Below are positions 18,596-27,880 of a stretch of 64,000 nt of DNA, one piece after another; positions within the stretch are counted from its first letter, which is position 1; the number at the start of each line of letters is the position of its first letter. Source of the stretch: a virus (lineage: Duplodnaviria > Heunggongvirae > Uroviricota > Caudoviricetes); the IMG/VR virus record IMGVR_UViG_3300046522_000748; one strand, given 5' to 3'. Below the pieces are notes generated by a model that saw only the letters and a list, made by a program, of their open reading frames with translations, was not told the DNA's origin and searched no databases. A program made the position numbers and the translations under genes.

Positions 18596-18814
18596 TCAGC
18601 GGACAAAAACTACATCAGTTCCATGGCTGTCGTTAATATAACGGATTGACATTTCATTCCGCATCTTCCAGGCGGTCTCTTGATCGTATTCCATCAAAGA
18701 AATGATCAACTGACAGTCCTTTGGGCTAAGCGAAATCCCCTCGGCCATTACTTCTTTGTAAAGGGGATAGAGCTTCTCAATGTCTTCGTCTGCATACGAT
18801 ATTTTAGCTGCCAT
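18596..18814 (-). CDS. hypothetical protein
   Basis: 72 aa ORF. Confidence 0.6.
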   Translation of the reverse strand: MAAKISYADEDIEKLYPLYKEVMAEGISLSPKDCQLIISLMEYDQETAWKMRNEMSIRYINDSHGTDVVFVR

Positions 18815-18942
18815 ATAAAAATCTCTTGTGCTGATGCTTTGATGCTCAATGAATTATGATCGAACGTTGCGTTAGTGTCGGTTTTAAAACCCACGTAAAA
18901 CAGGTCAGCATTGCTGACCTGTCAATTTGATAGTTATTGAGT

Positions 18943-19176
18943 TTACTGCCCGATTTGCGCAACCTTCGTCATCGCTGCCGAATGTACAAGGCCTTGAGCA
19001 ACCGCCAGAGCGGTGCGCTCGCCAGCGTACACGGCACAGAGACCTTGGAGTTCGCGCATCTTGCCATCTTCCAGCGTGGCGGTTTTCTCCCAAGCCAGCA
19101 CTTCGCGGCTCAGCTCAACGATATGATCATTGGCGAACTGCTCGGCGATTTTGGCGTTTTCTTGAAGAGTGGACAT
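18943..19176 (-). CDS. hypothetical protein
   Basis: AAGGA RBS. Confidence 0.6.
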   Translation of the reverse strand: MSTLQENAKIAEQFANDHIVELSREVLAWEKTATLEDGKMRELQGLCAVYAGERTALAVAQGLVHSAAMTKVAQIGQ

Positions 19177-19230
19177 GGCGGTAAATCCTTCTGCAAATGG
19201 GTGTGGGTGGGTTAAACGCGATTTATCGCG

Positions 19231-19425
19231 TCAGTCTTGGCTGATGAAGCCTGCCTTTTGCAGTTCCGCGTACAGCGCTATGTTGTCTTCGCTGAGTTTG
19301 CCTCTGCTCTGATTGATCACCAGTGACTCAACGACATTGAGGGCACGGTCCTCGGTAACCAATCCGCCTTCTTTGAGGTGGTTGGAAACAATTCGCCGAA
19401 GTTCCAAACGTGGCTGAGAAGACAT
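19231..19425 (-). CDS. hypothetical protein
   Basis: GGAG RBS; promoter TTGACA-17-CATACT at about 19461-19489. Confidence 0.6.
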   Translation of the reverse strand: MSSQPRLELRRIVSNHLKEGGLVTEDRALNVVESLVINQSRGKLSEDNIALYAELQKAGFISQD

Positions 19426-19501
19426 TTTGTGCTCCAGTAGATCCAATGGTTGATGCACACAGTATGACATGACAATTGATTTTTGTCAATGTCATTTTCA
19501 A

Positions 19502-19795
19502 TCACTGCTCGTTGTAAACGTTCAGCGGCTGCTCGACCAGCGAGCCGTGCTTTTCTTTGTAGGTTTTCAGGGCATCAAACATCGTGTTGCCAGAGCAGGC
19601 GCCGTTTTCCCACTGCATAATCACAATCATTGGCTCAGTAATGCGCGGTGACTTGTGATTGAGTAGGCGTACCTCAATGCCCTCACAGAGCTTGTAGAGG
19701 TCGTTGATCGTCTCGGCCACCACACTTATCGAGTCCAGTTGGCTTAGCTCTTCAGCGCCATCTACGTTCCCGTATGCGGTCAGTGTCAAATTCAT
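19502..19795 (-). CDS. hypothetical protein
   Basis: AAGGA RBS before MNLTLT. Confidence 0.6.
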   Translation of the reverse strand: MNLTLTAYGNVDGAEELSQLDSISVVAETINDLYKLCEGIEVRLLNHKSPRITEPMIVIMQWENGACSGNTMFDALKTYKEKHGSLVEQPLNVYNEQ

Positions 19796-19821
19796 TGTTA
19801 ATTCCTTCATATGTAATGTTC

Positions 19822-20082
19822 TTAGTACTGGGATACGTCTATCGCATCGCCCTCTTCTGTCAGTTCCATGCTTTCGGTGAAGACAAAACCATCGGGCATT
19901 GGGTCTTCGACGGTTTGAAAGCAAAGTCCCTGCTTGATCAGTTTTTTGAAAACCGACATGCCCGGCGTTATAAACCCCAGGGCGTCCTTCTCTGTTTTTT
20001 CAGGAATTCGGCTGACCAGAATGGAAATGTCACGCTTCAGCCATTTGATGGCTTCAACCTCTGTCGCTGTGAATTTCATCAT
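19822..20082 (-). CDS. hypothetical protein, possibly winged-helix-like
   Basis: first ORF after promoter; FKKLIKQGL...ELTEEG. Confidence 0.6.
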   Translation of the reverse strand: MMKFTATEVEAIKWLKRDISILVSRIPEKTEKDALGFITPGMSVFKKLIKQGLCFQTVEDPMPDGFVFTESMELTEEGDAIDVSQY

Positions 20083-20115
20083 TTTATCTGGCGCCGCTGA
20101 TCATTGGTGCGGGCT

Positions 20116-20155
20116 ATTCTACGCAAGTCCGAGCTTAATGTCAATATGAATGACA
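20116..20155 (-). promoter_or_regulatory. sigma70 promoter with exact operator (20139-20155)
   Basis: TTGACA-17-TAGAAT; TGTCA-ATATGAA-TGACA. Confidence 0.85.
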
Positions 20156-20158
20156 TGC

Positions 20159-20731
20159 TTACTCGATGATGAAATGTGCGCGCTCTACTTCGCCTAGAGA
20201 TTTGCACATAGCATTGAATACTGCGCTCTCACTGTCATCCCAAATTTCTTTTGTGTCGGCCACAACTTCGAAACCGAAACGCCACAACTCATTGCCACAC
20301 TGATCTATATAGGCCACACGCTTGTTGTGTTTGGCGCGGCGGATGTTTGAGCCGAATTCGTTGTACTTCCAACCTTTGGGAAGTTTCGGCAATTCAAATT
20401 CAATTTCCTGCGCGTCCAGCTCGGTTTCAATTTTGACGTAACCGTACCATCCCCATCTGCCATGGCGGCAACCGGTAGACCATGCCGACTTGCAAATGTT
20501 TGCAGTTGGCGTGTACGCAAGGCGGAGACGCTCCTCCGGGTTTGGATTCTGGTCGATTTCGTACGCTTTGCGAATCGCTGCGTCGAGTGAATCACCACGC
20601 GCTTCAATTCGTCCGCTATCAGTGTTCCATGAAACGATGTGGCATTGGGCACTACCGTTTTTGGAGGTATGGATATCAGCCAGCACGTTTCGTTCTGGAT
20701 TGATTAGCCAGTTGTACAGTTTTGCACTCAT
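20159..20731 (-). CDS. hypothetical protein
   Basis: 190 aa, operon packing. Confidence 0.65.
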   Translation of the reverse strand: MSAKLYNWLINPERNVLADIHTSKNGSAQCHIVSWNTDSGRIEARGDSLDAAIRKAYEIDQNPNPEERLRLAYTPTANICKSAWSTGCRHGRWGWYGYVKIETELDAQEIEFELPKLPKGWKYNEFGSNIRRAKHNKRVAYIDQCGNELWRFGFEVVADTKEIWDDSESAVFNAMCKSLGEVERAHFIIE

Positions 20732-20733
20732 GG

Positions 20734-20961
20734 TTAATTCACCGGGCCTGGAAAATATTCAGTGCCTTTGATCGTGGTGGTCATTGCGCTTTTAACAGCA
20801 CCCAGCAACGTCGGTGCTACCGTTTCACAACGACCGAAGCCGTCAACTTGCCATGTCAATCGAAAGTTGTGGAAGTCGCTGGACGCATTTGCGACGTTTT
20901 CATGATCCGCCAGCCACGCCCAGCAGATTTGTTCTTCGGTCAATTCATTTTTGTCGAACAT
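20734..20961 (-). CDS. hypothetical protein
   Basis: AAGGTG RBS. Confidence 0.6.
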   Translation of the reverse strand: MFDKNELTEEQICWAWLADHENVANASSDFHNFRLTWQVDGFGRCETVAPTLLGAVKSAMTTTIKGTEYFPGPVN

Positions 20962-21051
20962 GCGTCACCTTTACGCTTACTGGATGGCCGTGCAACTTTA
21001 CTAACTGAATGCTTAACTCAGCACGCAGGCGTGCAATTGTTCAGCACATGA

Positions 21052-21091
21052 ATTCTAAAGGCCCTGAGACCCAATGTCAATACTAATGACA
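21052..21091 (-). promoter_or_regulatory. sigma70 promoter with exact operator (21075-21091)
   Basis: TTGACA-17-TAGAAT; TGTCA-ATACTAA-TGACA. Confidence 0.85.
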
Positions 21092-21109
21092 AGATGCCGA
21101 AATCTTGAA

Positions 21110-21475
21110 TTAGTACCAATCCCACATGCGAGCGGCCTCGTTGACATAAGGTTCTAGCACCACATCAAAGTCGCCTGAGCGCATCGCCTGAAACAGCGCG
21201 GCTTTATGTTGGCGTTTCTGACGTAGAGTATCGACCCTATGGCAAAAACCAGGACATTTCCTCTTCGGTCTGTAATCCATGTGGTATTGCCGGATTTTTA
21301 TTTCGGCGTATTGATCGTAGTTAACCTGATCTTCAGCACTTTCTAACCATATGTAGCTGGACATGTATCGCGTCCATCTGCTTATCCACATTCCGTTTTC
21401 GTGATGGATGATGCCCAGGCTGATGTACTTTCGATAGTTGCGACATGGTTTGCCGCGACGAATTGTGTTCGACAT
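21110..21475 (-). CDS. basic Arg/aromatic-rich hypothetical protein
   Basis: GGAG RBS; MSNTIRR... Confidence 0.7.
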   Translation of the reverse strand: MSNTIRRGKPCRNYRKYISLGIIHHENGMWISRWTRYMSSYIWLESAEDQVNYDQYAEIKIRQYHMDYRPKRKCPGFCHRVDTLRQKRQHKAALFQAMRSGDFDVVLEPYVNEAARMWDWY

Positions 21476-21509
21476 TATCTTCTCCGACAGAGAAGCCCAT
21501 TATTGGGCT

Positions 21510-21551
21510 TCAATGTCGTGAAAATTTGTCTCGAATGTATTTAACCATCAT
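21510..21551 (-). CDS. putative 13-aa leader peptide MMVKYIRDKFSRH
   Basis: AAGGA RBS; stop codon lies in a hairpin that reaches the downstream RBS. Confidence 0.5.
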   Translation of the reverse strand: MMVKYIRDKFSRH

Positions 21552-21615
21552 TTTAACTATTCCTTATTCGTATATATAAACATTCTATTCTGATTAAATC
21601 ACTACATCAACGCTA

Positions 21616-21924
21616 TTAATCAAACTCTGCGCGTTTGTTCATGGTTTCAATGGCCATATCGTAGCGAAGCTGAAGAAAATCGTAATCTTCCTCGTTGATC
21701 GGTGAAACAATAATATCTTCAGCCATTCTGGCCTCATGACAGTAGTCGCCGATTTGATTAATGAACTCAACGCTGTAGTCGAAGTTCGATCCAGGGACAA
21801 ACAGATATTCTGATCGATGATCGTTTCTGATCAGGCCGCAGGCATAAAACTCCAGTCCGTAACCGTAATTTAGGTTCTTATCGATAAATTTCAGCAGTGA
21901 TTTAGGTGTTGGTTCATCACTCAT
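21616..21924 (-). CDS. hypothetical protein
   Basis: GGAG RBS before MSDEPT. Confidence 0.6.
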   Translation of the reverse strand: MSDEPTPKSLLKFIDKNLNYGYGLEFYACGLIRNDHRSEYLFVPGSNFDYSVEFINQIGDYCHEARMAEDIIVSPINEEDYDFLQLRYDMAIETMNKRAEFD

Positions 21925-22188
21925 AAATAACTTTAGCTCCATAGTGTTCTGCACGGGCAATAGCACAAGCGCGCCATCCGCCCCATCTCATTTGTACGCC
22001 CGGCGTGTATGATCCATTGCTGTTGCGTGCCAGATTGCATTGTTCCTGGGCTTCAAACCGCTCGCGCTCGCAGGTTTCGACAAAATCATGGGTCTCGATA
22101 AAAGCAGAATGCTTCACGTAGCCACCTGTTTCTTCAAGGACAATTCTTGAGCCCTGCCACTCCCATCATAACGATCAACCTTGCTCAT
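21917..22188 (-). pseudogene. probably frameshifted small phage-type gene
   Basis: AAGGAG-ATG at 22188 gives 24 aa; a 1-nt shift near GATGGGAG joins it to ...EETGGYVKHSAF (21917..22117). Confidence 0.4.
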
Positions 22189-22214
22189 CTCTCACTCCTT
22201 TTGATCATCCGACG

Positions 22215-22970
22215 TTAATCAGTAACTGCTTCCAGTGCAAGGTTTTCCTGAGGACTGAGGCCACGAGGACGAATTGAATTATAGCCAGCGCCCACAGCAT
22301 CGAGTTCTTCAATCCAGTGTCGCTCACGCTCGGTGATGTAGGCCAATTTATTTTTGCAATCAGCGGGCCATTCAACGACTTCTATGACGCTGAAGCTCCA
22401 GTCCGTAATGTCAGTGGACTTCATGGCCGCATGAAACTTGCAATCGCTTGGCTGAGTCAAGTGTTGCCACCAACGCAAGGTGAAGGGCTGGGTCGTTTGG
22501 CCTACATATACACGGCCTGTCGAAAGCTGTTGAACCTTATAAATAACAGCAGGTACTTTACCAGCGGAGGCGTGTTCAAACTCGCGAACTTCGCGTGCCC
22601 TTCCGGCTATACTGCATTTCCTTGAGCAGTATTCCGCGCCACTGTAATCAGCATGAGGGTCGTTGTATTTATCTATCGGTTTGAAGACATCGCCGCACTC
22701 TTTGCACGGTGTATCCCGGAAACGGCGCATGATGTAATCATCACCCGGATTAACGAGGGTGATGTGCAGCAGATAAGCATGTTCGTCCAGATCTTTTCTC
22801 AGTACTCTGAGTGGGAATTTCCGGTCGTACTCCTCTTCGATCAGCACCTTGGCGGCTTTTTTGTCCGGCGCTGTAACAAGTCCACTGAAAATCGGTGGCC
22901 ACGCCCAGCTCTCCAGTCCATTATCAACCGAGCCTTTTCGTCCCTTAATCTGATATTGAAAGTCTGGCAT
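22215..22970 (-). CDS. GIY-YIG endonuclease with upstream Cys4 zinc motif
   Basis: CKECG...YCSRKC; VIYKV..LSTGRVYVGQT...RWWQH...ERERHWI...GYN. Confidence 0.85.
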   Translation of the reverse strand: MPDFQYQIKGRKGSVDNGLESWAWPPIFSGLVTAPDKKAAKVLIEEEYDRKFPLRVLRKDLDEHAYLLHITLVNPGDDYIMRRFRDTPCKECGDVFKPIDKYNDPHADYSGAEYCSRKCSIAGRAREVREFEHASAGKVPAVIYKVQQLSTGRVYVGQTTQPFTLRWWQHLTQPSDCKFHAAMKSTDITDWSFSVIEVVEWPADCKNKLAYITERERHWIEELDAVGAGYNSIRPRGLSPQENLALEAVTD

Positions 22971-22975
22971 GTCGA

Positions 22976-23212
22976 TTATTCCGCAGGCGGCGCTTTTGGA
23001 ATCAAATGATCCAGTGAAAACAGCACATGTCGAACCTTACTTTCTACCTTTTCCAACTGCTGAGACAATGCTTGATACTGCTTGAAGTCCTGTTTGTGAT
23101 CAGGATCATCGGTCTCTGCGTAACGAGTGGCACTGTGCTGAGCCATCATTTCCACAGTTTTGCGCTCAGCAGTCATCCACGCAGTGAGTTCTTCGATCAG
23201 TTGGTGGCTCAT
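22976..23212 (-). CDS. hypothetical protein
   Basis: AAGGA RBS. Confidence 0.6.
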   Translation of the reverse strand: MSHQLIEELTAWMTAERKTVEMMAQHSATRYAETDDPDHKQDFKQYQALSQQLEKVESKVRHVLFSLDHLIPKAPPAE

Positions 23213-23223
23213 TTCAATTCCTT

Positions 23224-23430
23224 TTAATTTAGGTTAAAGACGCCAGCAGGTTTTTCCTGCACGCCCTTTGCGACTGGCACCCAGTGTTCACGCAAACCGT
23301 GGCTGCCTCTGAGCAGACGACCCCAAGGATCGCGCTTAAACTCACGGACATGTTCAACGCCACGTATTACCTTTTTGTCACCCACCTTGGCTTTCGGTGC
23401 AGCAGGGCTTTTCACAATATGAATACGCAT
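23224..23430 (-). CDS. hypothetical basic protein
   Basis: start adjusted to MRIHIV. Confidence 0.55.
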   Translation of the reverse strand: MRIHIVKSPAAPKAKVGDKKVIRGVEHVREFKRDPWGRLLRGSHGLREHWVPVAKGVQEKPAGVFNLN

Positions 23431-23443
23431 GGTCTGAAAACCC

Positions 23444-24232
23444 TTATTCGTCGGCGCTACGTGGAAACTCGCCTTTGCGATCAATCCACTGGCGGTAGAA
23501 ATAATTCCCCTGGCCTTGTCTGCCGACCTTGGAGTAAAAGTTGTCATGCTCAAGGCTGTAATAGATCCCGGAAGGAATCTCATCACGAACGGCATTGCGC
23601 AGGAAAAAGTGACCGAGTTCTGTGACGCCATAGCGCCCAGCACCTCGATTGATCAGCATGCCTTTATGCACCAGCAAATTCAGATCTTCCTCGGTTGAGG
23701 TGCGGCCACAGCGAGTCTGGAGAGAGGCCCATACTTCTTGCAACTGACGCAGCTCGACGTTGCTGATTTCAAATGGAAGCACGTATTCAGGCGTTTTGTA
23801 ATTCGCCAGAATGCGTTTGTGTTGAGCCACAGTCATCAGATCATCCACAACCGCTCTTTCCCAGGTGTTTGTGGCAGCCCAAAGCACGCTTTCGCGGATG
23901 CTTTCGGCAGAATCTTCACGGTTTTCATTCGCTCGGATAGGGGGAGCCGCATCCATGATGGCGCGTGACGGCTTATTCATGGCCTTATCGGTGTGATCAC
24001 GAAAGCCAGCTGTCAGATAGGCGACAACTTCGATTCTCTCACTACCTTGGAGCTGTTGTTGATGATCTGCATCGTGCATCTGGTAGCCGCACCATGCCGC
24101 TTCCAAGTACATATTTGAATAGGAGCCATCAGCTTTGTGAGTGAGGTTTTCGTGACCTTGCTCACGCGCACGGCGTTCGAAGGTTTCACGCAGGCGCGGG
24201 TTTGCCAGTGGTTTGTCTTTGAGTTGATTCAC
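23444..24232 (-). CDS. hypothetical phage-type mosaic protein
   Basis: GAGGA RBS, GTG start; RETFE...YSN...AAWCGY. Confidence 0.65.
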   Translation of the reverse strand: MNQLKDKPLANPRLRETFERRAREQGHENLTHKADGSYSNMYLEAAWCGYQMHDADHQQQLQGSERIEVVAYLTAGFRDHTDKAMNKPSRAIMDAAPPIRANENREDSAESIRESVLWAATNTWERAVVDDLMTVAQHKRILANYKTPEYVLPFEISNVELRQLQEVWASLQTRCGRTSTEEDLNLLVHKGMLINRGAGRYGVTELGHFFLRNAVRDEIPSGIYYSLEHDNFYSKVGRQGQGNYFYRQWIDRKGEFPRSADE

Positions 24233-24235
24233 AGC

Positions 24236-24589
24236 TTATTCCTCGGCCCCAGGGGTGAAGTGGTCGCGCAGTGCCGCAAAGGCTTCTTCGCGTGTCATCA
24301 GTTTTCCAACGATACTGCTCGCTTCGCGAACAAACTCAACCAGCGTGGTGCTGTGGTCGCGGATTACCTCCAAATCTTGCAGCGTTTCAACTTCCAGCTT
24401 GTTTTGCGTCGCGTTCGGGTAAACCCTGATATCCAAATGCGCTGGTTTGTCGCTCGTTGGAGGGACAAAATTCATCGCGATGGAACAGCCGAATACTCGC
24501 TTCGACTTTGGATCAATGCCAAAGTGAATCGTGCTCGTACCAACACCCATGTAGGTGATGAGAATCAGGTCTTGATTGATGCCGGTCAT
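24236..24589 (-). CDS. hypothetical protein
   Basis: ATGA overlap. Confidence 0.65.
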   Translation of the reverse strand: MTGINQDLILITYMGVGTSTIHFGIDPKSKRVFGCSIAMNFVPPTSDKPAHLDIRVYPNATQNKLEVETLQDLEVIRDHSTTLVEFVREASSIVGKLMTREEAFAALRDHFTPGAEE

Positions 24590-25143
24590 TGCTCGGTGTC
24601 CTTAGGGCCAAACATAGCCTCGATTTCTTCATCAACCATGGCTTGCAAGCGCTGATTGATGCCCATAACGAGTTCGTCCAGGCGGAAATAGTGATCAGCC
24701 TCATCTTCGGGTTCAATCCTGACGATGTTGTTCATCTGACGGCTCAGGCCGTAGAGCAATGGCTTGAAGACCTTTTCCATCACTGAACGATACCCCCAGT
24801 TATGTTTGCCGTTCAGCGGCAGGTTGTAGGCGATGTCATCGTTTTTGAAGGCAAACGACAGCTCCACGATGCCGGGCTCTGGTGTTCGAACCACCGTCAG
24901 CGTTTGCTGAAAGTACTCGAAGACCACAATGTCAGCTTCTTTGGCGCTGGCAAAGGCCTCGGAGATGGCTGTGCGGTGCTTGAGCGTGTTCTCAATCTCT
25001 TCGCGCTCGTGCTTGATGATCGGTGCCAGCACCTCGCCAGCGAGCCACTGAAAGCGTTTGGCATCGCTCAGGCCGAACAGGTGCGGAGCGTAAAACCGGA
25101 AGGTAATTCGAAAATCCGGTTTTACGGCTGGCTGCATGCTCAT
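24586..25143 (-). CDS. hypothetical protein
   Basis: GGAGG RBS, ATGA overlap. Confidence 0.7.
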   Translation of the reverse strand: MSMQPAVKPDFRITFRFYAPHLFGLSDAKRFQWLAGEVLAPIIKHEREEIENTLKHRTAISEAFASAKEADIVVFEYFQQTLTVVRTPEPGIVELSFAFKNDDIAYNLPLNGKHNWGYRSVMEKVFKPLLYGLSRQMNNIVRIEPEDEADHYFRLDELVMGINQRLQAMVDEEIEAMFGPKDTEQ

Positions 25144-25736
25144 TGCGCGCCTCCCAGGAAAGCGAACATGCGCTCTTGGTCGGTCTTTTCAGGCGGGACG
25201 GCGTAGCAGTATTCGTTGGTTCGTTCGTGGTAGAACAGGCATGCGTCATCACGCTCAGTGAGATCCAGCTCGTTGTTGAATGCGACCAACAATTCGCGGT
25301 CGGCCTCGGTGGCCGGTTTGATGCAGCCGCGCAGGGCAACGCGAACGTGGGCACAAACGCGAAGTTCGGACACCAGCAGTTCATCGAGCTGGGCAGCAAT
25401 GGCATGAATGGAGGGGTTGGAAAAGTCGATGTGCTCGGCCTTAACCAACAGCTCAAGCTTATAGCGATCAGCTTCGTCGCAGGCAACCAGTGAGGCGGTT
25501 TCGAGTGCGTAGCGAATGACTTCAGCATCTCGCATCAGGTTGTTCTGATACGACAGATCAGAGGCATTGACCTCGGCATCTTGAGCTTTCACTTCGCCCA
25601 GGATTTTTTCGCAGGCATCGAGCGAGACTTGAATCAGCTCACGCTTGATCCATTCCAGGCGGCTGGCAATGGAATCGAAATGCGCCATTTCTGGAAGATT
25701 CATGAAGATGCCGATTTTGCAGTCGCGCTGAGTCAT
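25140..25736 (-). CDS. hypothetical protein
   Basis: first ORF after promoter. Confidence 0.7.
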   Translation of the reverse strand: MTQRDCKIGIFMNLPEMAHFDSIASRLEWIKRELIQVSLDACEKILGEVKAQDAEVNASDLSYQNNLMRDAEVIRYALETASLVACDEADRYKLELLVKAEHIDFSNPSIHAIAAQLDELLVSELRVCAHVRVALRGCIKPATEADRELLVAFNNELDLTERDDACLFYHERTNEYCYAVPPEKTDQERMFAFLGGAQ

Positions 25737-25766
25737 GCTTGAGCCATCCTGTTCTGATATGGGCTT

Positions 25767-25806
25767 ATTATACCCACGGCCAGAGCAATTGTCAATGTGA
25801 ATTACA
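25767..25806 (-). promoter_or_regulatory. sigma70 promoter with 1-mismatch operator TGTCA-N7-TTACA
   Basis: TTGACA-17-TATAAT. Confidence 0.8.
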
Positions 25807-25861
25807 GGGCGATAGCAGTCTTGCGGTGGGCAATAATCTCACCGCAAGACTGTGCTGAGGA

Positions 25862-26872
25862 TTATTTCGGGGTGTATTCGATTGTGATGTGATCGTATAC
25901 GGTTGTAATGAATCCATCTTCGATGTTGCTGCCGAATGCGCCATGAACCATCAGGAAGTGCTGACCTGTTGAGACGTTTTGATAGGGGAATTTTGAAACG
26001 GAGTCGTGGAAGGAGCGAATCAAGCTACCACGCTTGACGTTATGATAGAGGTCGCAAATCCAGCCATTGATCTCCAGGTCACCACCAGAGCCTCTGTTTT
26101 GCTGTGTGAAGATGTCGAGCCAGAACTCAGTTTGGTCTTGATCATACGACAGCAGAATGCCTGCCACTACGCCCCGAGCCTCAGACAGGTATCCTGCCAA
26201 TGGCGCAATGGCCTGCTTGGAGGCGCCAGAGCCGCGCACGGTTGTGGTGATGTTGTCGATTGCAGACAGCATTGAGGCCCAGTCATCGCGAGTGCCGCGC
26301 AGGTCAATTGCTGGGATACCGCAGCAGAACATCCCGTAATTGTAGTAATGCTTCGCCATGTCCAGGACGGAGGCGCACATTGCCAAACGGGCTTCGGGGG
26401 TTGTGTTCGAAAACTCGGGGAGGAACACTGAAAGATCAACCGGCGCGTTGGCTTTCAGCAGAGAAATCAGGCCATCAATGTTGATGTCGGTCTCATGATT
26501 TTGCAAGACAAGCAGTGTTTCTTTTTTGTCCGAAACGGTAAAAATCGATTTGAATTGATCGGGGTTCTGTTTGATCAAGGCGACGATGTTGGTCAGGATG
26601 ACAAACCAAATATCATGGGGATTGACAACGAGGCCGATGTGACGCGAATACGCCTCGGCAAGGACATTCACGAAGCCGGTCTGAGTTTGCTGATGATCGC
26701 GCAAACCACGAACGACAGTACCGTCTGTGTGGGACAGGCCATCCAAGCTGCGGCTCCAGGCAAAGCTTTCGGAAAATTCTTTGTGCCCATTCTCGCGCTG
26801 TTCCTGCCGTTTCTTCTCGTAATACTCGTGAAGTGGCTGGAGCTGGAGTTCATCGTTGAGGGAAATAAGCAT
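25862..26872 (-). CDS. DUF4419 family protein
   Basis: GFV..LAEAYSRH..LVVNPHDIW, FSNTT, YYNY..CGIPAIDLRGTRDDW, INGWI. Confidence 0.8.
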   Translation of the reverse strand: MLISLNDELQLQPLHEYYEKKRQEQRENGHKEFSESFAWSRSLDGLSHTDGTVVRGLRDHQQTQTGFVNVLAEAYSRHIGLVVNPHDIWFVILTNIVALIKQNPDQFKSIFTVSDKKETLLVLQNHETDINIDGLISLLKANAPVDLSVFLPEFSNTTPEARLAMCASVLDMAKHYYNYGMFCCGIPAIDLRGTRDDWASMLSAIDNITTTVRGSGASKQAIAPLAGYLSEARGVVAGILLSYDQDQTEFWLDIFTQQNRGSGGDLEINGWICDLYHNVKRGSLIRSFHDSVSKFPYQNVSTGQHFLMVHGAFGSNIEDGFITTVYDHITIEYTPK

Positions 26873-27170
26873 TAACTGGCTTCCTTTGCGCTTGGGCAAT
26901 CAGGTTGAGGGGTCTGGCAATGCCTCCAGATGAGGCTTTGCGGGCAAATAGGGGGTTCCATGACTTGTTCAGCGTCATTCCGGAAGTGGAACCCATACAC
27001 GACCGGACACACAGGCACTGCGCAAGCTCGACTGGCTGTATTTAGGCACAAATGCCATGAATGAACTCGCAAATCGACAACATATAATATCAGACAAATA
27101 ATAATTGTCAATGCTGGCATGCAAGTCATTCACGTGGTTACTTTTCTGCTGGCTCGCTGCGGATGCTCGA

Positions 27171-27851
27171 TCAGCCGCGCTCACCCTTCTGAATCACGCA
27201 GGCTTTACCCAGCGTATTGAGGAAGGTATCAGCCGGGTCTTTGCGTACCGCGAACTGAGTCAGGGGAAAATGCTTTTTGTAGTATGCCATGGCGTCATCG
27301 AGTGATGCCCAAATCTCACCGAGTACAAGGTGGAAGCCATTGCCAAGGTCTTTTGCCGTCAACGTCTGGTTGTCATAATTCTTCGCCAGCGTTTTCTGGT
27401 GCTCGAAATCATAGCCACCCAAGCGCTTGTAGATGTTTGAGAAGCCGTGGTTGTAGTTTCCTATTTCCAGGCACATGTCCTCCACCAGCTGACCTATCTC
27501 AGCTGCGCATCGCTGTGATTCTATCATCAGTAGGGTCGATGGAACATCCAGAGCAGGGGAACTGCCATATGCGACTCGATCATACGAATCACGATGAATT
27601 TGGCTGATTCGCTGACACACATGCCAGCCGTTAATCAGCGGGTCTGAGGGCGCAGGTTGAAAAATGCCACGATCTTCTGTATCGAAAGATTTGTACTTCA
27701 CAGCAATGATCGTCAGGCGTGTCACAGCTTTCCATAGGTGATCCCCAGGCGCTGCATAGTCGATATTTTTGGTGCGAATGTCCACGCTGATCATTTTCTT
27801 TGATTCGCGAAAATCCCGGTTGAAGCTGAGGTCAAATTTATCGAAATCCAT
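27171..27851 (-). CDS. hypothetical protein (family with 27881..28522)
   Basis: LGNGFHLVLGEIWASLDDAMAYYKKHF. Confidence 0.7.
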   Translation of the reverse strand: MDFDKFDLSFNRDFRESKKMISVDIRTKNIDYAAPGDHLWKAVTRLTIIAVKYKSFDTEDRGIFQPAPSDPLINGWHVCQRISQIHRDSYDRVAYGSSPALDVPSTLLMIESQRCAAEIGQLVEDMCLEIGNYNHGFSNIYKRLGGYDFEHQKTLAKNYDNQTLTAKDLGNGFHLVLGEIWASLDDAMAYYKKHFPLTQFAVRKDPADTFLNTLGKACVIQKGERG

Positions 27852-27880
27852 GGATCACCTGTTTGCATGAAAAGGGGTGG

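Noticed and set aside
26880-27060. c-di-GMP-I riboswitch-like CGCAAAGCCTC in the DUF4419 leader
   Set aside because: The GGCAAA start, GNRA-capped stem and receptor stem are absent; only a short match.
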